Part shown: positions 11,252 to 24,184 of the stretch, piece after piece
Numbering within the stretch: the first letter of the stretch is position 1
Layout: each line of letters opens with the position of its first letter
Source of the DNA: Selaginella moellendorffii
Taxonomy: Eukaryota > Plantae > Lycopodiophyta
DNA length: 64,000 nucleotides
Reading direction: 5' to 3'
Assembly: GCF_000143415.4 (NCBI RefSeq)
Contig: NW_003314361.1
Location: forward strand, 124,001 to 188,000
Translations under genes and position numbers: made by a program
The notes under the pieces: generated by a model
Told to the model about the DNA's origin: nothing
Database searches by the model: none
What the model saw: only the letters and a program-made list of their open reading frames with translations

Positions 11252-12756
11252 ATGGAGTTGGTTTCGTCTCCTTCCCCGCGTGCCCGGGGAGTGGTGACGA
11301 TGGGAGACATGGACGTTGACGATCACCAAGACCGCATTCCGGCACACCAGGCGTCCCCCAGGCCCACGGGATTGCAAATGTTATCTCCCAGGCAACAGCA
11401 ACAGATGATGCAGCAACAGCACGTCGACGATATCACCTCCAACAACTCGAGCGTGGCCGAGGATGCATTCAAGCCCCCACCGGTAGCGCCACCATCGAGC
11501 ATGATACAGGAGTTGCCACCCCCGCCCACGCCCCAAAGGTTCCCGCCGCCAGTGCCTGACGAGCAGAGGCCTGCTGCTCTCTACGACTTTAGCCCTCCCC
11601 CAGCGCCAGAGCGAAGGGGTTCCTCGCAACAGATTGATATGCTGAATTTCTCGAGAGCAGCTCCACAGTATGACCAGGTGCCGGTTATGGACCTCCTACG
11701 AAGAGCATCCCAGTTTGATCAGGTGGAGCAAACTCCCGGTGCTGGCAGGCGGGCGTCGTCGCAGTTCCACGACAGTTTTGGAATGCCCGACCAAAGAAGG
11801 CCTTCTGCATTGGTTGAAGGGATGCACGACAGGCCCAATCTGCCTCCGGTTCTGACCTCGGTCCCCGTCGCGGACACGGCAATGCACGACCATAGACCGT
11901 CCTTGCTCCTACAACAGCCCTACAACCTTCCGCAGTCATCTGCTGCCCCAACTCCAAGATTGTCATCAAACAACTTCGTCCCTGTGAAACGAGGTCTAGA
12001 TCATCCCACCCAACATGTAAATGCACTAAAAATGTGTGTGCAGCAGACAGTGGTTTTGTTTCGTTGCCAGCACCAATCAGCGAGACTGAACCTTACAGCC
12101 CAGTGTCCAGTTCTGGCGACGGTGTTGGCGGGCACATCGACCGTGGTAAGTGTACGTTCTTGTAGCCCGACGCCTACTAGCATTACTTGTTTGTTTCTTT
12201 TTCAATTGAACATTGGAGTCTTTGATCAGATGCCATGTTGGCCCGAGCATATCAAGACAAGCAACAGTCGCAGGTCAAGGCTTGGGAACGGCACAGAAAC
12301 ACCAAGAACTACAACAAGTATTGCGTGTATCTTACCTTTAGCTCCAGAGGTTACATTATCCTAACACGATTTTAGATACGAGAGCGAGATTGCGAGGATC
12401 ACGGCATGGGAGGCTTGCCAAGTAGCGAAGGCCGAAGCCCTCATGAAGAAGAGCGAGGCAAGAAGCCCTGCTTAATCTTTATATGAACCTTAAGGAATTC
12501 AACCGTGCTGCAGGAAGAGCTGGAAAAGAAGCGTGCCAAGCTGAGAGAGGGATTTAAGAACGAGATTGCATCCATTCACAGGAGGGCGGACGACTGGAAA
12601 GCGATAACCGAGACTCGACGTGTGGAGGAGATACTAAGAACGGAGGAGGGTGCCGCGCGGTTTAGAGCCACGGGAATGCTTCCAAAGAAGCCATTGCTCC
12701 ATATCCAGTCGCTGCGTGATATGTGTTGTGGCCTCAACTTGCCATACAAGAGGTGA
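11252..12756 (+). CDS. Remorin (Pro-rich disordered N-terminus, remorin C-terminal coiled coil); ~5 exons
   Basis: VKAWERHRNTKNYNK|YESEIARITAWEACQVAKAEALMKKSE|EELEKKRAKL.E.FKNEIASIHRRA..EE.AARFRATG.LP. One GC-AG intron at 12458-12513. Confidence 0.85.
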
Positions 12757-12775
12757 TTCATAGCAGTGGCTAGCG

Positions 12776-14683
12776 ATGGTGGTGTTGGCTCCTCCTTCGA
12801 CACCAGCATACAGATCTTTCGCAAGGGGCGGGCTATCGGCAGAAGGGCAAGAGCATTCCGAAGAGGAGCCGCCCGGCGGGGTATCCAGTGCACCGCAACT
12901 GTTACATGAAGAAGAAGAAGACGAAGAGGCACTGGCACGGCTGCTGCGCTCGTGTGGCGATCCGACTCATGGTAAGCGCCTCCATGCACGTATCCTTGCC
13001 GGTCCCAAGCACCGCAACAGCGTCTACCTAGCCAACCTCATTGTCCGAATGTATGGGCAATGTGGCCATCTAAGAGATGCTCGAGCAGCATTTGACTCGA
13101 TCCGGGAGCCGGATGTCTTCTCCTGGAACATCATCATCGCCGCGTATGCCAAGGATTTGCTTGTGGATGAGGCCAAGGCACTCTTTGACAGAATGCCTGC
13201 GCCAAGCACAGTCTCGTGGAATACCATGATCACAGTCTGCTCCAAAACAGCACGCCTCAAGGAGGCCAAGCTCTTGTTCGATACGATGCCCAATCGCAAC
13301 CTCTTATCATGGAACGCAATGCTTTCCGGTTATACCCACGGTGGGTACATGGCGGAGGCCGGATGTATGCTGGAGAGGCTTCCAGAGCACAATGTAGTGT
13401 CGTGGAACACGATTGTTGTTGGCTACGCGCGAGTGGGCGATGTGGAGCGAGCGCGATCCGTGTTCGACGCCATGCTCGAGAGGAACATCGTGTCGTGTAC
13501 GAGCCTGCTACAGGCGTATGCCGCGGTGGGAGATGTGGCGGCAGCGAGGTCCGTGTTCGATGCGATGCCGGAGCGGAATGTGGTGGCTTGCACCGCCATG
13601 CTTCAGGCGTATGTGCAATGCGGCGACGCTGCCGGAGCACTGGACGTGTATAACGGCGCCATGCCTGAGCTAAACATGCTGTCCTGGAACGCGCTGCTGG
13701 CGTCCCAGGTCCACTCGCACAGCCTGGCGGCCGCAAAGTTGGCATTCGAGGAGAAGATGCCCGAGTGGAATGTGGTATCATGGACGTGCGTGCTGCAGGC
13801 TTACACTCGCTGGGGGCAGCTACAAGAGGCGAAGCGCATGTTCGAGTGGATGCCAGAGCGGGACGTGGTGGCGTGGACGGTTATGCTGCTGGGATTTGCC
13901 GAGAGCGGGCGGGCTGAGGAGGCGATATGGCTGTTTGCATGCGCTCCCGAGCGGAACCCGGACATGTGGACGGCACTTGCGGCCATGCACTGCAGGAGCG
14001 GGGATGCGCGCGAGGCGGAGCGGGTCATGGCGGCGGTGGACGGCGGCATACCCGCCAGGAGCGTCGTGTCGTGGACGGTGATGGTGGAGGCGTATGCGCA
14101 GGCCGGGCACATTGGCCTGGCGGCGCAGCTCTTCTCCAGGATGCCCGAGCGCGACACTGTATCGTGGAACGTTATGGTCGTGGCCTATGCCCACTGCGCC
14201 CGTGTCAACGCCTCCGTTCACTGCCTCCACATGATGCACGTCCTGGGGCTGCAGCCCAATGGGAGCTCCCTCTTGAGCGTCCTCTGCGCGTGCAACCACA
14301 TTGGGACCGTGAGCTCCGCGTCCCAGTCCATGGTATCGATGATGCTGGACCACGGCATCACGCCCCAGCCCCATCACATCTCGTGCCTGGTTGACATACT
14401 GGGCCGTGCAGGGCAGCTGCGCAACGCCCAGGAGCTTGTGGAGGAGCATGGAGGAGGCCCGGGATGGGAGAGCCTGCTGGGAGCCTGCCAAGTCCATGCT
14501 GGCGGCGCCCTTGGCCGCGAAAGCCTGGCCGCCCAGCGTCTCATGATCAACAAGCCAAAGACTGCGTCATGGTTTCGGATGTTGTGTCGCGGAACCAGCT
14601 GCTATCAGCCTACTGCCGTGGTGGGCATGTTGGCCAGGCCAAGAGGCTGTTTGATGCAATGCCGCTGGCGGAGCGAGACTTGA
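12776..14683 (+). CDS. PLS-class PPR protein with E domain (organellar RNA-editing factor type)
   Basis: Tandem FD.MP.rnvvSWn repeats; ends with HISCLVDILGRAGQL..WESLLGACQVH; no DYW. Intronless. Confidence 0.88.
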   Translation: MVVLAPPSTPAYRSFARGGLSAEGQEHSEEEPPGGVSSAPQLLHEEEEDEEALARLLRSCGDPTHGKRLHARILAGPKHRNSVYLANLIVRMYGQCGHLRDARAAFDSIREPDVFSWNIIIAAYAKDLLVDEAKALFDRMPAPSTVSWNTMITVCSKTARLKEAKLLFDTMPNRNLLSWNAMLSGYTHGGYMAEAGCMLERLPEHNVVSWNTIVVGYARVGDVERARSVFDAMLERNIVSCTSLLQAYAAVGDVAAARSVFDAMPERNVVACTAMLQAYVQCGDAAGALDVYNGAMPELNMLSWNALLASQVHSHSLAAAKLAFEEKMPEWNVVSWTCVLQAYTRWGQLQEAKRMFEWMPERDVVAWTVMLLGFAESGRAEEAIWLFACAPERNPDMWTALAAMHCRSGDAREAERVMAAVDGGIPARSVVSWTVMVEAYAQAGHIGLAAQLFSRMPERDTVSWNVMVVAYAHCARVNASVHCLHMMHVLGLQPNGSSLLSVLCACNHIGTVSSASQSMVSMMLDHGITPQPHHISCLVDILGRAGQLRNAQELVEEHGGGPGWESLLGACQVHAGGALGRESLAAQRLMINKPKTASWFRMLCRGTSCYQPTAVVGMLARPRGCLMQCRWRSET

Positions 14684-16482
14684 TATCTTGGACCGTGATG
14701 CTTGTTACTTATGCTCGCTGCGGCGACATCGGGCAAGCGCGGCAGGCGTTTGACGAGATGCCTCTGCGCGACCAAGTGTCCTGGAATGCCATGCTCGTGG
14801 CCTATGCCGACACTGGGAACCTGTGTCAAGCCAAGCAGCTCTTTGACGAGATGCAGGAGCCCAACCTCGTCGCTTGGAATGCAATGATCACTGCATATGC
14901 GGAAAATGGGGACGTTACCAGTGCTCAGCTCCTGTTTGACACCATGCCGCTGAGGGCATTGCCGTCTTGGAATGCTCTAGTGACTGCATATGCGGGAAAC
15001 GGGCACGTTGGCAACGCCGTCGCCATCTTTAACCAGATGCCCGAGAGAGACTTGATATCCTGGACCGCGGTGCTGTCTGGCTTTTCTAAAGCAGGTCAGC
15101 CGGAGATGGTTGAACACATGTTTGAACAGATGCCGCAGCACAATCTCGTGTCCTGGAACGTCATGCTTTCGGCATTTGCCCATGTCCGGGATTTGGAAAG
15201 CTCTAAAGTGGTGTATGATAGGATGCCACAGCACGACATGGTATCGCATAACGTTGCTCTGTTCGTGTACGCACACACCGGTTGCCTGCAGCAGGCCAGA
15301 GACATTTTCTACTCGATGCCGCAGCACAACCTTGTGACGACCAACTCCATGCTCTCTGCTTGTGCCCACAACGGGCAATCGAATGAAGCGGAGGCTCTCT
15401 TCCACAGCATGCCACGGCGGGACGTCGTGTCATGGAATGCCATGCTTGCTATGTACTCCCACAAGCAGGAATTCAGCAGCGTGGAGCGCCTCTACACCAG
15501 AATGCCTTGCCACGACTTAGTCTCGTGGAACACAATGCTGGGGGCACAAGCGGAGCAGGGCAAGCTGCACCAAGTGAAGCTGCTGCTCGAAGAGATGCCT
15601 CAGCAGAACCTCGTGTCTTGGAACACCTTGCTGTTTGCATACACTCAAACTATGTCCGCGTACTCGACTAGCACAGGGGAATTGCTGGTGCTGCTGGAGC
15701 AGACCAAGCACATCTATGATACCATGCCTCAGCGCGATATCATATCGGCAAACTGCATGCTGTCTGCATATGCGCAGGGCGGCCATGACCAAGACGCCAA
15801 GCGCCTGTTTGATGCCATGCCCGATCGGGACCTCGTCTCTTGGAATGCTCTCCTGTCCACGTATGGACGATGCGGGCAGCTCCAGGAAGCCCAGATGTGC
15901 TTCAGGCGTATGCCATGGCGAAGTGTCCTTTCCTGGACGGTCTTGCTGGTTGCATATGCTCTCAATGGTAACATGGATGTGGCCAAGGAGCTGTTTGATA
16001 CAATGCCAGATACGGACGTGATCTCGTCGAGTGCCATGCTAGCTGCATACGTCCGAAACGGACATTCGAACTCCGCGTTTGGTTTGTTCAATGAGTTGAA
16101 GACGAGAACGCCTCCGGACGAGGCATGCTTTGTCTCGGCTCTCGTTGCTTGCGGCCAGTTAGGCGAGGTGTACATGGGCAGGAGCTGCTTCATCTCCATG
16201 AGCATGGACTTCGGCCTTTGCGCCACCAAGCAGCACTACTGCTGCATGGTGGACCTCTTGGGGCGGGCGGGGCATTTGATTCAAGCGGAAGAGCTCATGC
16301 ACAACATGCCGTTTGTTCCTGACTCGTCCGAGTGCAGGTCATTGCTGGGGGCTAGCAGGAGCAGCCATGAGACATTCGCATTTAGGCATGGCTCGACTGC
16401 TCGCGTTGCTAAACGTGCCCTTGAGGACAGCCCCGAGAATGCGGCTTCGTATGCATTGCTGGCCAGCACAGTGCTAGCGTGA
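14569..16482 (+). CDS. PLS-class PPR protein (mostly short ~31-aa repeats) with E domain; start overlaps the previous PPR
   Basis: Repeats begin at MVSDVVSRNQLL (ATG 14569); ends with HYCCMVDLLGRAGHL..MPFVPD..SLLGA..PENAASYALLAS. Confidence 0.85.
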   Translation: MVSDVVSRNQLLSAYCRGGHVGQAKRLFDAMPLAERDLISWTVMLVTYARCGDIGQARQAFDEMPLRDQVSWNAMLVAYADTGNLCQAKQLFDEMQEPNLVAWNAMITAYAENGDVTSAQLLFDTMPLRALPSWNALVTAYAGNGHVGNAVAIFNQMPERDLISWTAVLSGFSKAGQPEMVEHMFEQMPQHNLVSWNVMLSAFAHVRDLESSKVVYDRMPQHDMVSHNVALFVYAHTGCLQQARDIFYSMPQHNLVTTNSMLSACAHNGQSNEAEALFHSMPRRDVVSWNAMLAMYSHKQEFSSVERLYTRMPCHDLVSWNTMLGAQAEQGKLHQVKLLLEEMPQQNLVSWNTLLFAYTQTMSAYSTSTGELLVLLEQTKHIYDTMPQRDIISANCMLSAYAQGGHDQDAKRLFDAMPDRDLVSWNALLSTYGRCGQLQEAQMCFRRMPWRSVLSWTVLLVAYALNGNMDVAKELFDTMPDTDVISSSAMLAAYVRNGHSNSAFGLFNELKTRTPPDEACFVSALVACGQLGEVYMGRSCFISMSMDFGLCATKQHYCCMVDLLGRAGHLIQAEELMHNMPFVPDSSECRSLLGASRSSHETFAFRHGSTARVAKRALEDSPENAASYALLASTVLA

Positions 16483-16553
16483 ACTTAGATTCCTAGCATT
16501 CTCCCAGATTTGGTTTCTTTCGTTAGTAAGCTAGCTACTTAGTAGCGTTAGCT

Positions 16554-18200
<1,647 letters not shown>

Positions 18201-18417
18201 CTACGCCGGAAATCCCGGTCAGCCGACTTGCCGGCCGTTAGCTAACTAACTCACGGACGGAATATACCCGGGGTGACCCTTGCTATCTTCTTTCCGTACG
18301 GAATAAACCCATTAATCATCCTGCATGGAAATCTAATGTACAGGTTGGTTTTTTGAGATTGGAAGGAATGATGAATCTTTCGTCGTCTAGGCTAGCTCCT
18401 CACTTCCGGGTAGCTGT

Positions 18418-19569
18418 TTAGTGATGCATCGCGGGCTGCGGCATGGGGTATGCCATATGAGGATGAGCAACATTGAGAGGAGTACCTGGAACCGGCCTGC
18501 TCGATACGTGACCTCTTCCTGCTGCCACTGCGTAAGCTCCGTGGTGAACAACCGGGACCGGAGTTCCAACCGCAGGAGGCTGCGAGTAAGCACCAGGCGC
18601 TGTTGCCGCCCCCGTCGACGCGGAGGAGGATGCTCCCCCACCACCACCACCGCCTCCGCCGCCTCCACCACCTCCCGCTGCTCCCTGCCCTGTTATCGGG
18701 CCCTGCGCTTGCTGCCTTCCGTCACCATTGACGCTGGTGATATCATGGATGCTCGTCCGCCGCTTGTCCTTGTGGATGGAGTTGAGGCGAATGAAATACT
18801 TTTGAGCGTGGCTGGCCACCTGTGTGGGTGTTCGTGACACCACAAAGTTCCTCGAGATACTCCGCCAGTCCCCTTTGCCGAACTTCTCCAGTCCCAGCAA
18901 GAAGAGCCTAGGTAGGAGGAGGTGTGATAGCAAACACGTCAGTAAGCTTTGCATGGACGAGAGAAAAGGGAGAGAGGGAGAGAGGTGACAAGAATCGCAC
19001 CTGTGCTCGTCTTCGGTCCATGGGATGCCTTTCCTGCGCTCCTGATCCTGGGCCTTGCTCTTGGAGGAGGAACCAGCACTGGCATGGTTGTTGGAGTTGG
19101 AATTGGAAGCGTTGTTGACAGCCGGGGTGGCGCTAGAGGAGCTCCCATTGGCAGCGGCATGGTGGTGGTGGCCGTGGTGCTGCTGGTGATGGTGGAGATA
19201 GACAGGAGACGAGCAAGAGGAGGAAGGCAGCCCGAGCTTCTTGTCCAGGGCCAAGCTGCTGTCCTTGACGAGCAGCGCATCCCTGGGACTGTAGCACGGC
19301 AGCGCAATCAGCCCGGCCTCAATGCTCGAGATGTCGCGCAGCAGCAGCTCGTAGTGAGCCCGGACGTCGGCGGCGGTCTTTCCAGGCACCAACGCAGCCA
19401 CTGCCTCCCACCGGCTGCCCGCCACACCCTCGGGATCATCACACTTGTCCTCCCACCCGGCAAGAGCTTTCTCAAACAGCTTGTCCTGCTCGCTGCTCCA
19501 CTTGGCGGCGCTGGGCGAGGTACAAGAGTTGGCTGCGCTACTGGAGGCGGCGGAGGCAGCCGCTGCCAT
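18418..19569 (-). CDS. DIVARICATA-like R-R-type MYB transcription factor; 2 exons
   Basis: [30 protein letters not shown] and [14 protein letters not shown]|[47 protein letters not shown]. Intron 19000-18908. ATG at 19569 preferred over the GTG at 19680. Confidence 0.93.
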   Translation of the reverse strand: MAAAASAASSSAANSCTSPSAAKWSSEQDKLFEKALAGWEDKCDDPEGVAGSRWEAVAALVPGKTAADVRAHYELLLRDISSIEAGLIALPCYSPRDALLVKDSSLALDKKLGLPSSSCSSPVYLHHHQQHHGHHHHAAANGSSSSATPAVNNASNSNSNNHASAGSSSKSKAQDQERRKGIPWTEDEHRCDSCHLSPSLPFLSSMQSLLTCLLSHLLLPRLFLLGLEKFGKGDWRSISRNFVVSRTPTQVASHAQKYFIRLNSIHKDKRRTSIHDITSVNGDGRQQAQGPITGQGAAGGGGGGGGGGGGGGASSSASTGAATAPGAYSQPPAVGTPVPVVHHGAYAVAAGRGHVSSRPVPGTPLNVAHPHMAYPMPQPAMHH

Positions 19570-19612
19570 CCACGCTGCTGCTACTGTCACAAACAACCTC
19601 TGCGTGCCTTGT

Positions 19613-19738
19613 TTAGCTACCTCCCTGCCCCAATTCCCTGGATACCAAGCCTTTCCATGGCTTGCCCCGGCCTCCGCCACTCGAGCACCCGGCCAAGCAG
19701 CGAATGAGGAACCCTAAGGGCTTCAGATCTGCTGCCAT
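19613..19738 (-). promoter_or_regulatory. 41-aa upstream ORF in the MYB 5' leader (candidate conserved-peptide uORF)
   Basis: gcaATGG start, [41 protein letters not shown], stop 43 nt before the main ATG. Confidence 0.5.
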
Positions 19739-20071
19739 TGCCTTCCTCCTCTCTCGTCTGGCTGGCTTGTCTGGCTTGGCTGGAAGACAAATTGGAGCTC
19801 GCTCGCTCACCCTTAAGCTCTACACTTGATTTGCAGGGCCTGGCCTGGGTCACGATGGAGACGGCGGACGAAAGTGACCACACACCATCTTCATCTTGGC
19901 CCGGGCGAAATAAAGAACAGGGTAAAAGAGAAAGATCCAATTAACGGCCACGATGCTGCCAGCGTGGCGTTGAGGATAAGGTTTGCCGTGCCACGTCACG
20001 AAATGACGCCGCTGGACAACACGTCACACGGATTTGCGCAAAACCCACCGTTAAATTAACTCCGAACTTAA

Positions 20072-21773
20072 CTAAGCAACATCAACAAGCTCGATTTCAA
20101 AAACCAACCATGAGTTTGGTGGGATTGATCCGACAGCCCTCGCACCATACCTGCGCCGAGAAATTTAGCAAAACCATGACATCGTGATTCACTCACCCCA
20201 TGGATGGAGGAATCACAACTCTCCTCTTGTCTCCTACTCTCATTCCTGCAAGAAAGAATCGAGGATTTGTATGAAAAGACGAAGGGAGAGAGAGCTCACG
20301 CATCTTACCATTGACACCCACGTCGAAGCCCTTGACTACTTCGTTAACCCCTGCAAGAACCAAGTGCCACAAGTTAGATCTCTTTTCTCGGCCACAAAGG
20401 AGGAAAAGAGCAAGCATCGGCAGCCAGCACAAGCAAGACGCTAACCCAATCTGAAACGGAATGGCTTTCTGCCTATGGTGCTGTCAAATATCTTCCCATT
20501 CGACTTAAGCTTTCCGACGTAGTTAATCAGGACCTGCACCAAGACTCAGGGACCAATCGTGCAAGTATGCGAAAGGAATGCGACCGGCGTCACCGCTTTA
20601 CCTTCTTCCCCGGCTTGGCTTGCTTGCCGTCGGGCTTGCCAAGTGCCAAGTCCTGAACTTCGAGGCCATTCGGGAACTTCTTGGCCGCCTTGTCCTTCTT
20701 TCCAGCCTTCTTCTCCTGGAGCTTGCCGTCGCCATTCCCTTCCGGCACACCCTCCTCCTGGTTTGCTGCCTTTTTGCCCTTCTTCTTCTTGTTCTTCTTT
20801 GCTTCGCCAGGGCTGGTTGGCGTGTCACTGCAAAGAGCATTAGCTCCAGTTGTTATTGCTAATGAAACCTTGGTGTACCTGACAGACGTCTTGGCGCTTT
20901 TCTTCGGCAACTCGGCAGAAGCGGCTTTCCTCTTGGACGGCAAGGCGAAGCCATCCTCGTCTTCACTCTTGTCCTCCTCATCCTCCTCCTCCTTGTCGTC
21001 CTTCTGATCCTGAGCCGGCTGTGTTTCAGTGTTTGCTTTAGCCGGAGCAGGAAGCGCCTTTTCAGGCTCGTCGTCGTTAGTGATCTCCTCAATCTTCACT
21101 GCCAAGTCGAACGCCATCATACCACGACTTGCTGATGAATTACGAAGAGAGCTCACCTCCGGATCCAAGGCGCTCCTCTTCTAGGTCCTCGTCGTCCTCC
21201 TCGTCATCGTCTTCCTCTCCAGCTGGATCGACAATGAAGCTGATATTGACAAAAGATCAACGAGTAAACGCCCGTGGAGACTGGAGACAAGAGAAAAGGA
21301 TACATACTCTTGATCAAACTCGTCTTCTTCACCATCGTAGCTCTCGTCGTCGTCTTCGTCACTGAAGGGTTCCATGTAGTAGCCAGAGAGATGGATGGCT
21401 GTAGAGCCCGTCACGGAGAAGACAACGTCGTCCTCGAAGTTGAGGTCGAGATAGCACGTCTCGTGAAGTCCAGGCTTGAGCGAGCACACAAAGACCGGCG
21501 GCCCCTCTCCACCCTTGCACTTGAGAATACTCCTCTCACCATCCTTGGCATTTTGGCCCAGAGTCGCCTAGACAAAACGAAAAGCTTTGAGCCTCTGTTG
21601 GCGATGGAATCGATCGATTCGGCCACCCACCTGAGAGATATGCAGCCGCCGGCCTTCGAGCTCGTCGCGCTCGACGAGAAAAGGCTTCTTCGGCTTGAGC
21701 TTCGCACCTGGGAGCGATGGAAAAACGTCACGGCAGGCCAAGGGAGGCGAAGCGGCTTACCCCAGAACACCAT
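20072..21773 (-). CDS. FKBP53: Nucleoplasmin-like-domain FKBP-type PPIase (FKBP53-like histone chaperone); multi-exon
   Basis: MVFWG|..LHISQ|ATLG..CSLKPG..IHLSGY, acidic and Lys-rich linker, then FKBP domain NGLEVQDLALGKPDGK, YVGKL, GMRVGDKRR..IPPSMG|YG...IPPNSWLVFEIELV. Confidence 0.9.
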
Positions 21774-21791
21774 TTCGTCGCCGCAGCCCAC

Positions 21792-21805
21792 AAACCCTAA
21801 ACCCT
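21792..21805. promoter_or_regulatory. Telo-box(es) AAACCCTA in the FKBP/OTU divergent promoter
   Basis: AAACCCTAAACCCT. Similar boxes occur at 32033-32040 (HDT) and 58746-58754 (U2B''), typical of plant ribosome-biogenesis and housekeeping promoters. Confidence 0.6.
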
Positions 21806-22016
21806 TGGGGCGATCTCGACTGTCGGTTATTTAGATAGATCGCTAATGTAAATATCTTCCCCATGGATGGATTAGGTCATCGATCGAGCAATGCATGGCG
21901 CAGCGCCACGGCTCAAGGATCACCACCACGCCTCTGCTCGCTACGCCGCTCACCAGGGCGACAGGAAGGTCCAGTGCGTTGTGGCAATAGAGGAGCGTGA
22001 CAGCAAGAGCAGGCTG

Positions 22017-23216
22017 ATGCTGGGTGCTTCCTCCTCCTCGTCGCTCTTGTGCCTTGGTATCAACACGCGCTTCTTCACCGCCAACAAGCTCATCTCCTCA
22101 TCGCATTCTCGAGCTGGCCATGGGCGGCGGAGCGGCGCCATGCTGATGCTGGCCCAAACCCCGCCGCCGCCATCGCCGCCCCCGCATTCCTCGTTCCTGC
22201 CACAGCAGCCGCGCTTCCACTCGAGCTCATGCGTTCTGGCCAGTCACGGCGAGCTGGGCGCTGCAACCATTTGGCACGCTCTCCTGCCTAGCAGCTCCAC
22301 CTCCAGCTCCAGCCCGTATCGCCTCTCCGCCGCCACAGCTTTCAGCAATGGATCGTGGAATGTGGCAGGGGATGCACGCCCGGCACGCTGGCTCCAAGGG
22401 AGGCACTCGGCGTGGCTCCTGTTTGGCTTTTGTTCGTGCTTCTCCGCCGCGGTAGCGTCCAGCATGAGGTCCATAGCATGCTGCGAGGCTCCCTCCTCTC
22501 TCGATCAATCCCTCACCCACGGCAAAAAGGTTCACAAGGAGTTTGCGGTCATAGGTACGTTGCCCGCGCAACCAGTATGTATAAGGTAGCTCAAGAGGTG
22601 ACGCTGGTGGTGGTGGTGTCAAGGCATTCCTGGAGATGGACGCTGTCTTTTTCGTGCTGTGGCTCACGGTTTGTGCACCAAACAGGGCAAGCCAACGTCA
22701 GACGAGGAAACGCAGAGAGAACTTGCGGACGATTTGCGGGAAAAGGTTTGGCATTGTACTTGGTTCGTTTGTCTGACTTGCTTTGGTTGATCCCTGCGCC
22801 TCGGAAGGTTGTGGATGAACTCGTCAAGCGCCGTGCGGAGTCGGAATGGTAAGATGGGAGACCGACATTCATTCTCATCCCACTTGAAAAGCAGGTTCAT
22901 TGAAGGCGATTTCGACGAGTACACAAGACGGATGAGGCAAGCAAACGTGTGGGGCGGCGAGCCGGAGCTCCTCATGCTATCGCATGTCCTCGGGTAACAA
23001 GCTATCTTTCTTTCATTGGGCTCACTTATGTTTGGATCCAGGTTGCCGATCACAGTTTACATGGCCGATGAACGCTCGAACGGTGTCATAGCGATTGCAG
23101 AGTACGGGCAAGAATACGGGAAAGGCAAAGGAAATCCCATCAGAGTGTTGTACCATGGGTTTGGACACTACGATGCTCTCCTGATGCCGGGCGACGCTGG
23201 TCAGGGCGGTGAGTAA
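22017..23216 (+). CDS. OTU-domain deubiquitinase (OTU4-like); 5 exons
   Basis: GSWNVAGDARPARWL..SAWLLFG, G|IPGDGRCLFRAVAHG, WGGEPELLM.SHVL, PI.VLYHGFGHYDAL. An upstream in-frame ATG at 21891 is also possible. Confidence 0.9.
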
Positions 23217-24184
23217 CGCAGCAGGGTGGAAGCGATACCACAAAAAGTTTGGTTTTGAAGATATCTTTGTCCAGAGGTCCAGTAATCTGGACTGAGAAAC
23301 AAGCAAACCAGTCGAGAGCTTAGAGAGGCTGAGATAGCTGAGCTTGCTCCTCGGCCTGAGGAACTAAAAACTTTGATGACAAAGGAGCTGCGTCCTCACA
23401 ATTAACTTGTCTCACCCGTCATACGCACAAGTCAGTCACCGGAGATCAATCGACCACGATCCAAGTGACCGTTTCCACAGGTACGTCGTGTTTGATTCGC
23501 GGCATATTTTAGAAGCTAAACAAATGGCATGGCGAATTGTTTATGGACAGTTTGAAAGGCTATACTGTTCGCTCACTGCTATGCGCCTAGTGTGGAGTGT
23601 GTGTGACTTTCTAAAAAAATAACAGTGTAAGCTTCGAAAACATCTTCTCCATTCGCAGGCAATCACTGCGAGTGGAGATCCTACCCATAAAAACAAGAAA
23701 GAAAATCGAAGCCTGCAAAGCTTTGTCTTGTCCTGGCAATGGCACCAACGGCCGGGATGGAGGCGGGGGATTCAACGGTGGGGATGGAGCGCTGTCTTGC
23801 TCGGTCATGGCGCCCGACACACAACTCACATACAGCTCTGCGTTGTTTCCACTTTGGCTTCGCGGGCCTTTTGGGCTTTTTGGCATCGCCCCCTTGATTC
23901 CGGTTGCGCAGTTGCAGCTGCCCATAAAAGAGTTTGGTGCGTGCGACGGAAAGTTGGAAAGCAATGTCCGCTCTTCTAATCCTCCTGGGATCCATCTCAT
24001 TGCTATCTGGACAAATTTACCCCGAGATCCATCCATCCTCGTGGATAGCTAAGCAGTAATGTGGGGATGGAGGAGCAACAGCACCCGCCACCAGGCCTTT
24101 CAGGCCTCTCAGGTTTGTTGTCGAGGCAATGTGCGCACTACCCCGTAGGTCCCGGAGGAGCTAGCACAACGTAGATAGCGTTGG

